Positions 11,530 to 25,399 of a stretch of DNA of 64,000 nucleotides are shown in pieces. The position numbers and the translations under genes were made by a program. Under the pieces are notes generated by a model. That model was given only the letters and a program-made list of their open reading frames with translations, did not search any database and had not been told where the DNA came from. This DNA is from Octopus vulgaris (lineage: Eukaryota): the NCBI GenBank assembly GCA_951406725.2, contig OX597815.1, positions 57,040,001-57,104,000 of the forward strand. Reading direction: 5' to 3'. Positions within the stretch are counted from its first letter, which is position 1. Each line of letters starts with the position of its first letter.

Positions 11530-13980
11530 AAAGAGATTTGGAAATGCTGCTATGAAAGACTGCTAAATGAAGAGAATGAATTGGAGAAAGAGAGTGTGCC
11601 AAATGTTGACCCAACTGAGGGACCAGCTATCAACATTATCTTGGTAGATAAAGCAATTAAGGATATGAAGACAAGGAAAGGCCCCAGCCCATCAGGTATT
11701 ACCACTGAGATACTTAAAATATTTGGTGGTGTAGATTATGGTCTAGTCACCCATATAGTTAACCAGGTGGTACATGAAGGAGTCATGCCCAATGACTGGT
11801 GTAGCAGCACCATAGTCAACTGCTACAAAGGTGAAGGTGATGCATTAGATAGAAATAATTACAGAGGTATCAAATTATTGAATCAGATGATGAAAGTCAC
11901 AGAGAGGGTCATAGCCCAAGTAATTAGGGAGAGAGTTAGTCTAGATGAGATGCAGTTTGGTTTTGTGCCAGGGAAAAGCACCACTGATGCTATATTTCTA
12001 GTAAGGCAGCTGCAAGAGAAATACATAGCCAAAGATAAGCCTCAGTACTTGGCGTTTGTTGGTTTGGAGAAAGCCTTTGACAGGGTCCCCCAATCCCTTA
12101 TCTGGTGGTCAATGGGGAAACTAGGGATAGACTAGAAGTTGGTGAGAGCCATACAAGCCATATACAGGGATGCTGTCAGTAAGGTGAGGGTTGGCAACGA
12201 GTATAGCGAAGAATTTAGGATCCAAGTAGGGATTCATCAGGGATCAGTCCTCAGCCCCCTCTTGTTCATCATAGTCCTCCAGGCAATAACAGAGGAATTT
12301 GACAGGCTGCCCCTGGGAGCTCTTCTATGCTGATGACCCTGATCTTATGACTGAATCGCTACCAGAACTAGAAAAGAAGTTTCAGGTGTGGAAGCAAGGT
12401 GTCAAATCAAAGGGGTTAGAGTTAACCTAACAAGGTCTAGAATCAAAGGGGTTAGAGTTAGCTTAGCAAGATCTAGAATCGAAGGGCCTTAGAGTCAACC
12501 TAGCAAAAACCAAAGTCTTAGGAAAGCATACAAATCTCTTCAAGTAGATGACCCTGCTTGATCTGTAGAAAAGGCATAGATAGAAACTCCATAAGATGTA
12601 TCCAGTATAAACTATGGACACATAAGATGTGCAGCAATATCAGAGGAAAGTTGATAGGGAAAATAGTTTTTGTGTGTGAAAGGTGCACAGGTACAATTAA
12701 CATTAAAAATGCACAGATAATAGATGCCATCTCATACCAACGGGGAAAATTAGAAGTAGTTGATAGCTTCCATTGACCAAGTCAGTAGTGGGGGTTGGAT
12801 GCTCTGAGAGCATAGTTGCAAGAATAAGAATAGACTAAGCAAAGTTCAGAGAGCCTACTTTTGTTGGTAACAGAGGGCCTATCTCTCAGAGTGAAAGGCA
12901 GACTATGATGCCTGTGTGCAAATAGCCCTGCTACATGGCTGTGACTGCCAAGGATATGTGTAGGCTTGAAAGAAATGAAGCTAATATCCTTTGCTGGATG
13001 TGTAATGTCAGTGTGCATGCACAACAAAGTGTAAGCATCTTGAGAGAAAAGTTGAATGTAAGAGGCATCAGATGTGGTGTGCAAGAGAGAATACTGTGCT
13101 GGTATGGTCATGTGATGTATATGGATGAGGATAGCTGTGTGAAGAAGTGCTGCACTCAAACTGTGGAGGGAACCTGTAAAAGAGGTAGACCCAGGAAGAC
13201 ATGAGATAAGGTGTTGAAGTATGATCTTTGAATGTTGGGCTTCACAGAGGTGATGACAAGTAACCGAGACCTGTGAGATTGTGGTCATGGCTGATGCCAG
13301 TGTCACGTAACTGGCATGAAAAAAGTACTCTTCAAATGTTGAGTGATATGATATGCTTGAGAAGACCTGTAAAGCCAAGTGAAATCACAGTTGCTGCCAA
13401 TGCTGGCTGACTGGCACCCATGCCGGTGACACATTAAAATCACTGTTTAACCCTTTTGTTACTGTATTTATTTTGAAATGCTCTGTATTTCTTTCAATTA
13501 CTTTAAATATAACAAAGAATTTAGTAAAATAACTTAGTTATCATTCAGCTTGTGTTAGGACCATAAATTGGGACTAAGGTTTGGTGGAAGATTTTAATTC
13601 TAAACTTATGAAAACAAGACATTTGTACTACAGAGCCAGTTTCAGCCGGGTTGGTAACAAAAGGGTTAAACATCGAAATTCACAGAGGCTGTGACAGGTG
13701 GCCAAGACGTTTGGTAATATACTATGCTTGTGTAAACCTGTCAAGCCAAGTGGGATCATAGTCATTGCTGGTGTCATGTCACTGGACCCATGCTGGTGGC
13801 ACATAAAAAGCACCCACCACCCACTACACTCTTGGAGTGGTTGGTATTAGGAAGTGTATCCAGCTGTAGGAACCTTGCCAAATAAGATTGGAACCTGGTG
13901 CAGCTCCCCAAGTTTACCAGTTGTCAAACCATCCAACCCATGCCAGCATGAAAAGCAGATGTTAAATGATGATGTTGATG
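11530..13980 (+). mobile_element. 5'-truncated, decayed RTE LINE
   Basis: KGEGDALDRNNYRGIKLL, QFGFVPGKSTTDAIF, LEKAFDRVP and HQGSVLSPLLF motifs; stops and frameshifts; gatgat tail. Confidence 0.92.
13451..13665. mobile_element. piggyBac-type MITE, 215 bp, inserted in the RTE 3'UTR
   Basis: TTAA at 13447-50 and 13666-69; perfect 12-bp TIR cccttttgttac. Confidence 0.88.
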
Positions 13981-15060
13981 GTATTACCTGAATGATTTTA
14001 AAGGCTGCATTCATGAAGTATATAGAATAATCTCTTCCAAAATATTTTTTTTATGTTTAATTCTTCAAAATTTTAAGCAATTAAATATTAATTTTATGTT
14101 TTATTTTTGTATTTGGTTTTTTTTTTGTATTTTTGTATTTTGTTTATATTTATTTTACTTCTTATTCTTGAATAAAAATTGTTTGTAAGTGTCATAAATT
14201 CTACTTATATATTTCAACCACATTTTTTATGAAGTTACATCTATCATATTAAGGAACTGATGTATCTTAAAACTTATATTTATTCTTCTTTATATTCCAT
14301 CATATATACTCATTTATAAATAATGTGATACACACACACAACAGGGCTTCTTTCAGTTCCTGTCTATTAAATCCACAGACATTTACCCAAGTTGCCACAA
14401 AGTAGGTCTCTACCTGAAGCTGTAAAGTTGAGCTCTTAACCATATAGCCATGTGAAGATTATTTGTAGAAAATGAAGTCAGTGTCTGTTATATGATTAAA
14501 TCAGCAAATTCTTATTTGCTTTATAAATAGATTTATTAAACACAAATGTATATAACAAAATCTTAAAACATCATATAAGGAGTTTGAAGAAAGCGAAAAT
14601 TATGATCTGATTTTATTAGGTTCTGAATTAGTAAATTAGCTTCTGAACCCAAGCTTTTTTTATAACAGAACATTTAGTTTTTATAACTAATATATAGAAA
14701 GATATTTTCATATCAAAATATCTTTGGAAATGTAACATATCAAATCTTACTAAAAAAAAACTGAATCCTTTTGGTGAAAAAAAATTTACTTTAGAGCAGT
14801 GGTTTCCAAACTTTTTCAGCCCCAAAAATTGCTAGGGACCACTTCTACTTTTACTTTATACTGTTCTATTTTCACACCAAAATACTTAATGAAAAGACAA
14901 AATAGTCTATTTACACTTTAAAATTTATTTTAGTGAACAAAAGATAAAATTTAAAAGATATCAAAATCCTTTTTCATAAAGTCGTTCATTTTTAGTCCAT
15001 TCAGCTAGTGACTAGCTTGATATTGGTGTTTCTCACACAAGATATCATAATCAGTTTTAA

Positions 15061-15268
15061 CCCTTTCATTACCAACCCGGCTGAAACTGGCCCTAGCTCT
15101 GAGTACAAATGTCTTGTTTTCATAAGTTTTGAATTAAAATCTTCCACCAAACCTTAGTCACAATCTGTTCCTAACACTAGCTGAATGATAACTAAGTTAT
15201 TTTACTAAATTCTTTGTTATTTTGAAAGAAACACTGAGCATCTCAAAATAAATACAGTAACAAAGGGG
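15061..15268. mobile_element. piggyBac-type MITE, same family as 13451-13665, opposite orientation, nested in the hAT
   Basis: TTAA at 15057-60 and 15269-72; ccc...ggg termini; body matches the reverse complement of 13451-13665. Confidence 0.88.
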
Positions 15269-15272
15269 TTAA

Positions 15273-16913
15273 TGAACTCATTTAGTCTGAGTCTAATAGT
15301 TCCTCTGCTGTTGATATCTAATTTATTTCTTTTTCTACTTAAAATATCTACAACAGCTGAAAAGGCAGATTCCACCATCCATGTGGTAGGGAAAGAAATG
15401 ATGCTTGCTTCTACTTGTCAAAAAATATTTGGGTGTGATTCCTTTATCAATATGTAGGCAAATACACCTTCTTTTTCAACTCTTCTTCTCAGTTTCATGT
15501 TCTCTTTCAAATCCAACATTTCAGCCAACTCAAAATTTTCATCTCCTGGCTCATAATTTTCTAGGTCTACAAACCAGAGTGGATAATCCATCTTTAATAA
15601 ATCATTGTATCTTCTCTCAAAGTCTACATGAAGACCTTCAAGATGGGCAATGCATGCGCAATGCATTATGACGTAGGAAAAGTGATGTTAAAATTTTGAA
15701 ATGATGCCAAATTTTTTCTTTCAAATTGTTTTTCCCAAAATTTTAATTTCCCCATCTACCCTTTTATCTTCTGAGAACATGTGACCAAATCTGATTTTCT
15801 ACCTTGCAGCTCTAAGTTAAGCAGATTCACTGTTCTAAAAATATCACTCAAGTAGAATATTTTGTAAGGAATCATCTGACTCTTGAACATGAGAAAGTTG
15901 ATTAATGGTTCCCACAAATTCACTAGTCTTTCAAGGCTCAGGTCTTTTGACAACCATCTTACTTCTGTGTGAAGCAATAGGGTTTTAAAATCTTCATCTT
16001 CACAGAATTGCATAAAAAATCTATTATTCACTGAGTTTGATTTGACAAAGTTAATTGCATGTATGACAGTGTTAAGTGCTTCTTCCATGTGTCTTCCAAT
16101 ATTCTTAGCAACCAAATGCTGTCTGTGGATAATGCAATGTATATAAAAAATGTGAGGAGCAACTGATTTCATTCTAGAAACAAATCCTTTCACTTTTCCA
16201 GTCATGGCTGCAGCTCCATCTGATGCAATGTTTATCAAATTAGTCAATGGAATATTTTTATCATTAAAATACTGCATTACTTCATTGAATATATTTTCTC
16301 CATTAGTAGTTTCAGACAAACTTTGAATGAATAACCTTTTTTCCTTTATATCATCTTCATGGATGAATCTGACATAGACCAGAAGGATAGCTTGGTTATG
16401 AATTGTGAAAAATTTGTCTTTTGGAGAATTTCCACAATCTTCCTCAACAAAATTAGACATTTCATCTTGTCTTCTTGTAATTGTGTTATTTGAAAGTAGA
16501 ATTGTACTCTGAGTAGATGCAGCATATTTTCTCAGAACCTCATTTGCACAAGCAGACTTGACAAGTTTCTCACCATAAATCTGAGGTGCTGCAACCTTGG
16601 CAATAACTTCAGAGACCAAATAACCTGGTTTGAGTATCTTTGCTTTTTCAGTATTTATCTTCTTTACAAAGTCGGGTAGTTTGATTAGCTGTATTTTCTT
16701 TTTATTCTCAAAATATTCCTTACCTTTACCAACAGATAATAGATGCCTTAATTTCTGGTGCTGTTCCAGCTTAACTTTCTTCATGGAATGATTTGTCATG
16801 ATGGCATCACATTCAAGACACATAGGTTTTGAGTCTACAGATATAAAACCAAACATGATAAAATCTTTTTTGTAGTTCCTCAGTTTTGCCTTTTTAGCAG
16901 TTGGTTCAGACAT
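15273..16913 (-). pseudogene. Decayed hAT transposase (ZBED8/GTF2IRD2-like family)
   Basis: BED finger CLEC..H..H; SDGAAAMTG, HCIIHRQHL and TEVRWLS motifs; 385-aa ORF plus frameshifted C-terminal pieces. Confidence 0.9.
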
Positions 16914-18524
16914 TATTACAACTGATCTTTAAAAAAATTAAAATAATACTTTATTTCTATAAAATAATAAATACTTTATTTCTATAAATTAAAAGTATCA
17001 AATTTATTATTAAACAATATTGGGTAGTGATCTATTAAAAATATCAAATTTATTATGAAACTGATGTGATTGTAAAATTTAAATTATGTAATTGTTGATT
17101 GCAATATATTATTGATTATATATTATACATTATTGATTCTTATGGAATAATTATTGAATTTTGTTTTCTTTTTATAATTCTGTCTTCATGGAAATTATTA
17201 TCAACTAACAGTGTCTTTATTATTGAACAATATTGTGTAGATCTGAAATGGCTTCAAATTTTTTTAGGGCTAAAAATTCTCTGGGGACCACCAGTGGGCC
17301 CCAGGGACCACGTTGGGAATCACTGCTTTAGAGCATAAAAACTAACCTTTAAAATGGCAACTTTTGTACTTTCAGTGAAGCATAGTAGTATTCCATTTTG
17401 CCATTTCTTTTTATGAAAAATAATTATTTTCAGCTTCCTGCTAATTATTTTCAGCTTCCTGCTAATTAAGCATATTTTATATAAGTTTTCTTATTTTTAC
17501 TTGATTTTTTTTTATTTTTGTTATCCAAGAAACCTTTTGTTCCTTTGAATTTTAGAAAAATGAAGTCAAATTCTATCTTTATTTGTAAACATTTTAAAAT
17601 CTTCTCCAAACTTATTTCTGTTATAAAATATAGCTATCATTTTATTTTTTTTATATTAAAAGTTTTTGTTAAGGCTAGTCATCATTAGCAAAAATTTATG
17701 TATTTCTAAATTTGTTTATATTTTCCTCTCTGAATTGCCTATCAATCTCACACATGAGTTAGGGGAGAACATAAAGTTAGGCTAAAACTAGTCTGATTTC
17801 TTTGCTTTGTCTTTTCATTTAAAATCATTGTCAGTTTATAGATAGCTTTTCCCAACTTGTCTATTTCTATGAATTCATGTAAATGAGCGAATCATCACTA
17901 TCATAGTAGCTGTAGCTCACCAGAAACAGCAAAAGTTTATAAGCTCTTTTAGAGAGATATCAATTCTTTGACAACACTATACGCTTACAACACAAAGCAA
18001 AACCTAAAGTTCATATTCTGTTTAGCCTAACAGTACTTCCAGCATTATCCATTATCTCACTTAATAGTGCACCACTTAATATATACATATATATGATCAT
18101 CTAATCATATTGCAACATAGCATAGACTTGTCACAGAAAGTTTCAGTGAGGTTTCAATTTTACTTCATGACTTAATCTATGAACACTTTTATCTATTAAT
18201 AACTGATCTATTGTCTGTTTGCCTTCCAATTCATATATTATTTTGATCAATATTGTATTTTATGTTCTTAACTAAAATTTCTGTACAAATGTTTTGGGGA
18301 CTGACTTGTTTAGACAAAACATTGGTATTTTTCTTCATTTAAGTTTTCCAACTTTACAAATAGGACACTCTGACCAAATGCTTTCCATTTAAATAGTGAA
18401 TGGTTAACTGTGGATTAAGAATCCACTTCTACCTGCATTGCAAACTATCCTTGGTGCCAACAATTTTTCCCTATTTGTCTTGAATCGTGTTTGCCATTTT
18501 TCTGCTTTTCTATAACAAGGCTGG

Positions 18525-18887
18525 TTCTCTTTTACTCTTTTACTTGTTTCAGTCATTTGACTGTGGCCATGCTGGAGCACCGCCTTTAGTCGAGCAAATC
18601 AACCCCAGGACTTATTCTTTGGAAACCGAACCGCTAAGTTATGGGGACATAAACACACCACCATTGGTTGTCAAGCAATGTTGGGGGGGGGACAAACAAA
18701 CATATACACATGTATATACATATATACGATGGGCTTCTTTCAGTTTCCATCTACCAAATCCACTCATAAGGCTTTGGTTGGCCCGAGGCTATAGAAGAAG
18801 ACACTTGCCCAAAGGTGCCATGCAGTGGGAATGAACCTGGAACCATGTGGTTGGTAAGCAAGCTACTTACCACCCAGCCACTCCTGC
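18525..18887 (-). mobile_element. tRNA-derived SINE (octopus CORE-like family)
   Basis: Reverse complement of 31082-31450: ggagtggctg head, gggcaagtgtcttctt core, A-rich tail. Confidence 0.8.
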
Positions 18888-19934
18888 TGTAGATTTCTTT
18901 TACAGTTTTGCTAACATGTTATACCTGGTTTCAAACCATTGAATTCTCACAAACATTTATTCATCCAATAGGATCACCAACAAGAGCACCTCTATATGGT
19001 CATTTGATCATGGTCTCTGCTGAAATGTCTTTAACCATAGTTCTGCTTGAACAATATTGAGCTCATGTATAATTTACTTTTGAGTAAACAGGGAGCTATT
19101 CCTTCTAAATATGATGATAATTTTTGAAATACTTTTTTATTCTTTAATTCATCTAGTCATATTATTTTTCATTGTAATATCATGCTATCCTTAATCCTTT
19201 CCATTCCAACCTGCCCAAATTACCACTATTTCTATGATACAGAACTGCAAACTTTAAAGTATTCATCATAAGTTTTTTAAATACATTCTGTTAAATTATA
19301 TTCTGAACACCATCCTAAAGAAGTTATAGTTTTACTTAAATCGTATTTTCATAATTAACTGAAGCACAAAGACAATGTGTTTCCTTCGAAATATGAACTT
19401 TAAAGAGAGGAATCCTTTAACACAGTCTTAATTAATATTCATTCTATATTTAATTTCTGTTCTTTTCAATTCTATGGTGACATTTTTCTTTTCTGGTGCT
19501 TAAACTAAATCCGTTACTAAAATAAAAATAAATCTATTAGAATTTACACATGTATGTATACATTATGTGTGTGTGTGTGTATAGATTTATGAATTTGTTT
19601 CGCAAGATTCCTGATGTGAAATTGTGTGTTCAAACATATTGTTATACATCAGGATGGTCACTTCTTTTTTTCTTGCCAATTAAAAACACATTCTTCACTT
19701 GTTTATTACTGTTCTTATTTCATGTCCATTGTGTGGAAATTTTTGGCACAGAATAGACTAAACAGAACAGTAGGAAACACATGGGCTGAAAATTTGCTGA
19801 AGAGGTTATAGGTGTGTGCTGCAAGATTTCCAGATATTGAACATAAAATAAGAACAGTAATAAACAAGTGAAGAATGAATATACAGTTATGTGTTTATTC
19901 GGCATGTAAGAAAAAATGACTGTCCCAAAATATA

Positions 19935-19945
19935 ACACACACACT

Positions 19946-19984
<39 letters not shown>

Positions 19985-20136
19985 GTCATCATCATCATAT
20001 GTATATATATATATATATATATATATGTAATATGTTATATATATATATATATATGTAATATGTAATATATATATATATATATATATGTAATATGTATATA
20101 TATATATATATGTAATATATATATATATGTAATATA

Positions 20137-20196
<60 letters not shown>

Positions 20197-20251
20197 ATAT
20201 ATATATATATGTAATATATATATATATATATGTAATATATATATATATATG

Positions 20252-20325
<74 letters not shown>

Positions 20326-20352
20326 GTAATATATATATATATATGTAATATA
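19935..20352. repeat. (CA)n/(TA)n microsatellite with periodic TGTAA interruptions
   Basis: Seen directly. Confidence 0.95.
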
Positions 20353-20970
20353 TGATTGATTGATTCATTGATTGATTCTAGTTTCAGCTTATGAGCTGTG
20401 GCCATGCTGGGGCACCGCCATTTGGTGTTGCTACTTGGTTTCACTTCATGGAGGCTTTCAAGCAACTGCTATTTGGTGCATGAGAGAGTTCGATGCAGTT
20501 GCCCTCATCTGCCCTCATTCCTGCCGTGAAGTTGGTTCATCTGGGACACCTGACAGGAAGAGATCCAGCTCCATTTTAAAGACATCTGTATCCACCCCAT
20601 GCAGGTCTCTCAGGTTCTTCGGGAGGATATTGAAGAGCTGTGGGCCTCGGAAGCCCAGGCTATCACAGATTCTTGTCCTACATCTTGATGGCAAGTTTGG
20701 AGTCCTAGGCACCACGCAGTGGCGCCCAGTTCTGGCATTTGCGTAACTCTCGATGCCAAAGTTCAGGAGACTTCCCTCCAGGATCTTCCAGATGTATATT
20801 ATGGCATATCTTTCCCGCCTACGCTCCAGGGAATATAATTTTAATTTCTTGAGTCTTTCCCAGTAGCTTACATTTTGCATAGAGGCTGTCTTCTTCGTGT
20901 AGCTTCGTTGGATCGCCTCAATTTCTGTGATCAACTTGACACTGGATGGTGACCATAGCTGAGAGATGTA
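20353..20970 (-). mobile_element. CR1/L2-group LINE 3' end, cut by the assembly gap
   Basis: SYWERLKKLKLYSLERRRER and GPQLFNILP; (AATC)n tail; CpG retained, suggesting a young copy. Confidence 0.85.
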
Positions 20971-21070
20971 NNNNNNNNNNNNNNNNNNNNNNNNNNNNNN
21001 NNNNNNNNNNNNNNNNNNNNNNNNNNNNNNNNNNNNNNNNNNNNNNNNNNNNNNNNNNNNNNNNNNNNNN
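20971..21070. other. Assembly gap (100 N)
   Basis: Run of N. Confidence 1.
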
Positions 21071-21460
21071 TTTCTGTGATCCATTATGATTCCATTAAAC
21101 CTGGCTCATCAATCTGCAGCCAACTGGACCAAATAATGCAGAAACTTACAAAGAAACAGCCTACATTAGTCAACAGATCCACTCCTATTTTATAGCAAGA
21201 CAATGCCAGGCCACACATTGCAAAAATTACATTGGCGAAACTACAGGAGTTAGAGTTCTCTGTAAAACAGGCCTTCCAAGATTTTATTAACTCTAGATTG
21301 CTAGGCTTTTACAGTTCCAGGCTGGACAAGCTACTGCTGAAATGGCAAAAGTGTATTGACAATATGGGTGCATACTTTGATGAATAAAACTATTCCTTGT
21401 ATTTATAAAATATTAGCAAACTTTTTTCTTTTCTACAAATTTCATACTTGACGACCTAAT
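21071..21460 (+). mobile_element. Mariner right-end relic
   Basis: QDNARPH and KWQKCIDNMGAYFDE* motifs; ends ...gacgacctaata. Confidence 0.75.
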
Positions 21461-22592
21461 ATAAAAGAGATATACCGATTACCAAAAATCTGGAAAATAA
21501 AAGATTATAAATATAGAGAAAAAATACAGAAAAAAATAGAGAAAAATAACAACAAACTGAAACTTAATAAAATTATTTAGAGATAATGTTTACAAAATAT
21601 AGGGATTGATATCAACAAGAGAAATATGAACAATATTAAATTTTTTTTAAATTTAGAAATTTGAAGATATAAGTAAATATGTTTAAAAATTCATAGAAAG
21701 TATGGAAAACAATGAGAATAAAATTAATATAAATTAATAAGACAGTTTTCTAAGAGGAGAAAGGAGATTTATTAAAATAGTAAGATATAATTATTAGGTA
21801 GTTTTGGTATTGGTATAAGAAGAGGAAAGTCATATACTTATCCTTCATATAGCCAGAATTTATGAAATATAGAGTTTGATATCAATGAGAAAAATATGAA
21901 CAACATTAAATTAAAGATTAGAGTTTCAAATATATAAGTAAACAGAGAATAAGTTGTAATATAGGATAAGATTAACATAATTTAGTATTGTAGCTTGGGA
22001 TAAATTGAAACATATAAGGTAAATATGTCTGTGTGCAAGGAGTGAGTGGAAGGAGAGGATAGGGTGGGCATCCCATCTTAAAATCATGTGTATATGTATG
22101 TGTGTTTTTGTATGTAATATGTTGGGTGTGGTAAACATTGTGTTAAAACCTCAGACCCTGCACACTAAATTTGTTTCTATACTCATTGCCAACTTTTACT
22201 TCACTCGCAGTATCTTCACTCGCAATATCATATACATGGCTTGGACAGCTCTCACCAACTATATATCTATCCCTAAATTAATTGTTTGAGTATTTGTGTG
22301 AGATATGTAAATGAAATGGAAATCATGAGCTTGAAATAAACATTTTGATATGTATTGCTCACATAATTTTTCTTAAACATTTAGAGAAAAGTGAGTCTTG
22401 AGTTCATTAATTTATCAATTTGGTAAAATAAGCACACACAAACACACATCCATAACTATGTATCTGTCTGTCAACAATTGTACTATTGCAACTAAAGTGT
22501 GGCTACATACATCAAAAATTAAAATTGGTTATTTTCTTTACTTTTGGGAACAACAGATTTCCAGTAAGCCAATCATGGGTTCATTGCATTTA

Positions 22593-23465
22593 TGAGGTGG
22601 TATCAAAAGGTTCCAAGACTAGTTCTGTAGTGCACCAGCAGATGACATCTCATAGCTGCTGCACAGTGAGAGCTAGCAGTGACCTTCATGAAGCAGTGTG
22701 CCAAGTGACATCACTGTGTTTACTTTGCAAGTTGTGAAATTTGTGCTTTTGTGATCATGCATATGCTGTTGTCTGTGATTTTTATCATTGACAGGAAGTT
22801 GGAATAAAGAGCCAACATGAAATCTTGTGTTAAACTTGGGAAGTCTGCTACAGCTTACAGCAATGAGGAAATAGGTTGTACGCAATGTTTCAAGTGGTAG
22901 TACAGGTCCTTCAAAAGCATAAAAACATCCTTTAAAGACCTGCCACAAGTGTCACCCCCCAAAATGTGGAGAAAATTCATCAACTTGTGCATGAGGACTG
23001 TCAGAAGACAATCAATGATGTTTTGAAGCATTTGAAGGACATTCTGCAAAAGCAACTGGATCTGTGAAGCACAAAGAAGTAGATTCTTCATGACAACAAT
23101 GCATCCTGTAACTGAGCTCTCCTCACTTTTGAGTTTCTTGCTGTAAACAACATAGCATCACTTCTTCACCCACCCTATTTACTAGATTTAGCACCTGTGG
23201 ACTTCCATCTCTTCCCCAAGAGGAATATGCAGTTCAAAGGTCACTGTTTTAACACTGTTGTTGAGATCAAGAGCAAATTGCAGAAGGTTTTGAACTTGCT
23301 TATGGTAAACCACTTCCAGGCCGGATTCCAAAAGTGGCAGGAATGCTGGGACCTGTGTGTTGTTGTGCAAGGTGACTATTTCAAAGGAAATGATGTTAAA
23401 ACTTAGGTAAATAAGTTATTTTTTATTAAACATAACTTGTCCAGGAACCTTTTGACATCACCTCA
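22593..23465 (+). mobile_element. Internally deleted mariner
   Basis: ~30-bp TIRs (tgaggtggtatcaaaaggttcc, rc tgaggtgatgtcaaaaggttcc); TA on both flanks; HDNNA and PYLLDLAPVDFHLFP (YSPDLAP-like). Confidence 0.88.
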
Positions 23466-24559
23466 TATGATGGCCAGAATAACAAATGAGTATCCCTGCA
23501 ATTTAAGCTGGGCAAATAATACATAATGTTATCATTCAAAAGTACCAACTTGAAGATTTTTCTCAATGATATTTTTATTGTTTACTCATATACATAAACA
23601 GCAGGCTTCCTTTCAGTTTCCATTTATAAAAATTCTACTCACAAAGCAGTGATCAAACTGAGGCTATGGCATACAGTGTAATCAAACCTGGAACTATATG
23701 GTTGCAAAATAACCTTCTTAACTATACAATCATACCTTTACCCATTTTGTTTGCATGCCACAAACATTTTACTTACTAAACACTTGTATTTATAAATTAG
23801 TCGATGTTTAAAATTCACATTACCTAAATTTCTTTTGAAAAGTATTCAGTGAGTCAGTCATTATTTTAAATTGATTTTACTTTACCTATGCATCGAGCAA
23901 AGCATGATTGTGTGTGTGATTCTGTGTTTGTATATCTATAAATTTATATCTATGCTTGTTTGTATGTTATTGTTGTATAGGTTCTAGTACATATGTGTGG
24001 GTGTATTATACTTGTAAATGGCTAAATTTTATTGTCTTTTTTCTTTCTAATTCCTGTTAAATTGTAGTTTTGTAGTTTTTCAATTTAGAATATATATTTT
24101 CAAAAATTGGTCTCTATGTATATTTGTTTATGTCCATTATACATTTAGCCTTGAGTGAACAAATCTTAAGATTTTAATTAATATTTTGGATTTTTCAGTT
24201 TCTTCATGGATTTGTATTTATATGGCAGTAGAGAGTACATGTTGTTCATGTAATAGACAGTAAAGGAATTACATGATGTTCAATTTGTCATACTGCACTC
24301 AGTACATGCTTAATATTTGGTGAAAAAGATCTGGCTCAGGGCTACACAATAAAAACAATCATTCTTTGATACTCCATATATTTCCTTTTGCTCATGGCAA
24401 AGCAAGTTCTTCTGCTTCTGAACTGTTTATTCTCACTAATTGTCAATACAGATCATCACTACTTTGCTTAACTCCTTCTGTTCCCTTAATATACATGAGT
24501 GTGTAAAAAAAAAACTTAAGCATTACTCTTATCTGGAAAAAACATCACACCACACTCAC

Positions 24560-25140
24560 ATCAAACATTCAGCTAGAACCTTCATAATTACTTAAAATTT
24601 TGAAACTTACTATTACCAAGGATCTCTCCTAGCAAAAACACATTCCTGGTATAGCTTTGTCTGCATTCCAACGATTGGCTTTTCTCTTCAGGATCAGAAA
24701 ATATTTCAGCCCCTAACAACTGCTGACATTCTACAAGGCTCCAGTAAAGTTCATAATGGATTACTTTTCCAATATCTGGGATGGTTCTACTGCTTCACAT
24801 ACCAATATCCTAGACCACAATCAAAAAAGGGATTTGACTAATTGGTCAGTTATGGTCAAGCTCCAGCCTCTGACCAACAAGCAAGCTACCTCCTTTCTCT
24901 ACCTTTTCTATTTACATCTATCTCTTAAAGTTGGCTGATCTCATATTCCCACCACTCAGGCAACCCCAACAGGCCACACACAGTATTTTCCAAACCGAAC
25001 CTCTCTGAGATATTCCTACTCATATCTTTCCTGCAGCTGTTGACTTAGAACAGTTTAAATGGAACATTAATAGCATCAAGCTCGCTAGTCTTAGAGATTC
25101 TGAAGTAGCCTTTCCTCCATAGTCAATAAATAAAAAGCAG
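24560..25140 (+). mobile_element. Decayed CR1/Jockey-group LINE 3' region
   Basis: LFRIRKYFSP.QLLTFYKA..MDYFSNIWDG..ILD..QKR. Confidence 0.65.
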
Positions 25141-25399
25141 CAAAAAATTTGTGATTTATGCTTGTGTACATATATACATCTGTACTTGTCTTTCCGTGTT
25201 CTTGAATTTTATTCTTTTTCTAAGAACACATATAAAAATGCACACACACACACACACACACACACATTTTTAAGTTAAGCTTTAAAACTTTGCAGTGTCA
25301 ATACTCAAATTTAATGTCTGTTGAAAGAAATCATTGAATAGACAGATATGTGATTGTAATTATTTTGTGTCTATTAATTACCACCCTGCTTTCTTACAG

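Larger units (their letters stand above)
14797..17325 (-). mobile_element. Charlie/Buster-type hAT transposon with both ends
   Basis: Perfect 8-bp TSD CTTTAGAG at 14789-96 and 17326-33; TIRs cagtggtttccaa and rc cagtgattcccaa. Confidence 0.93.

Noticed and set aside
19770-19815. GAAAC...CTGAAGAG as a hammerhead
   Set aside because: No consistent stems or UH cleavage site could be built
19895-20465. YI-repeat ORFs (also 48062-48599, 51053-51283, 63465-63783)
   Set aside because: Translations of dinucleotide microsatellites
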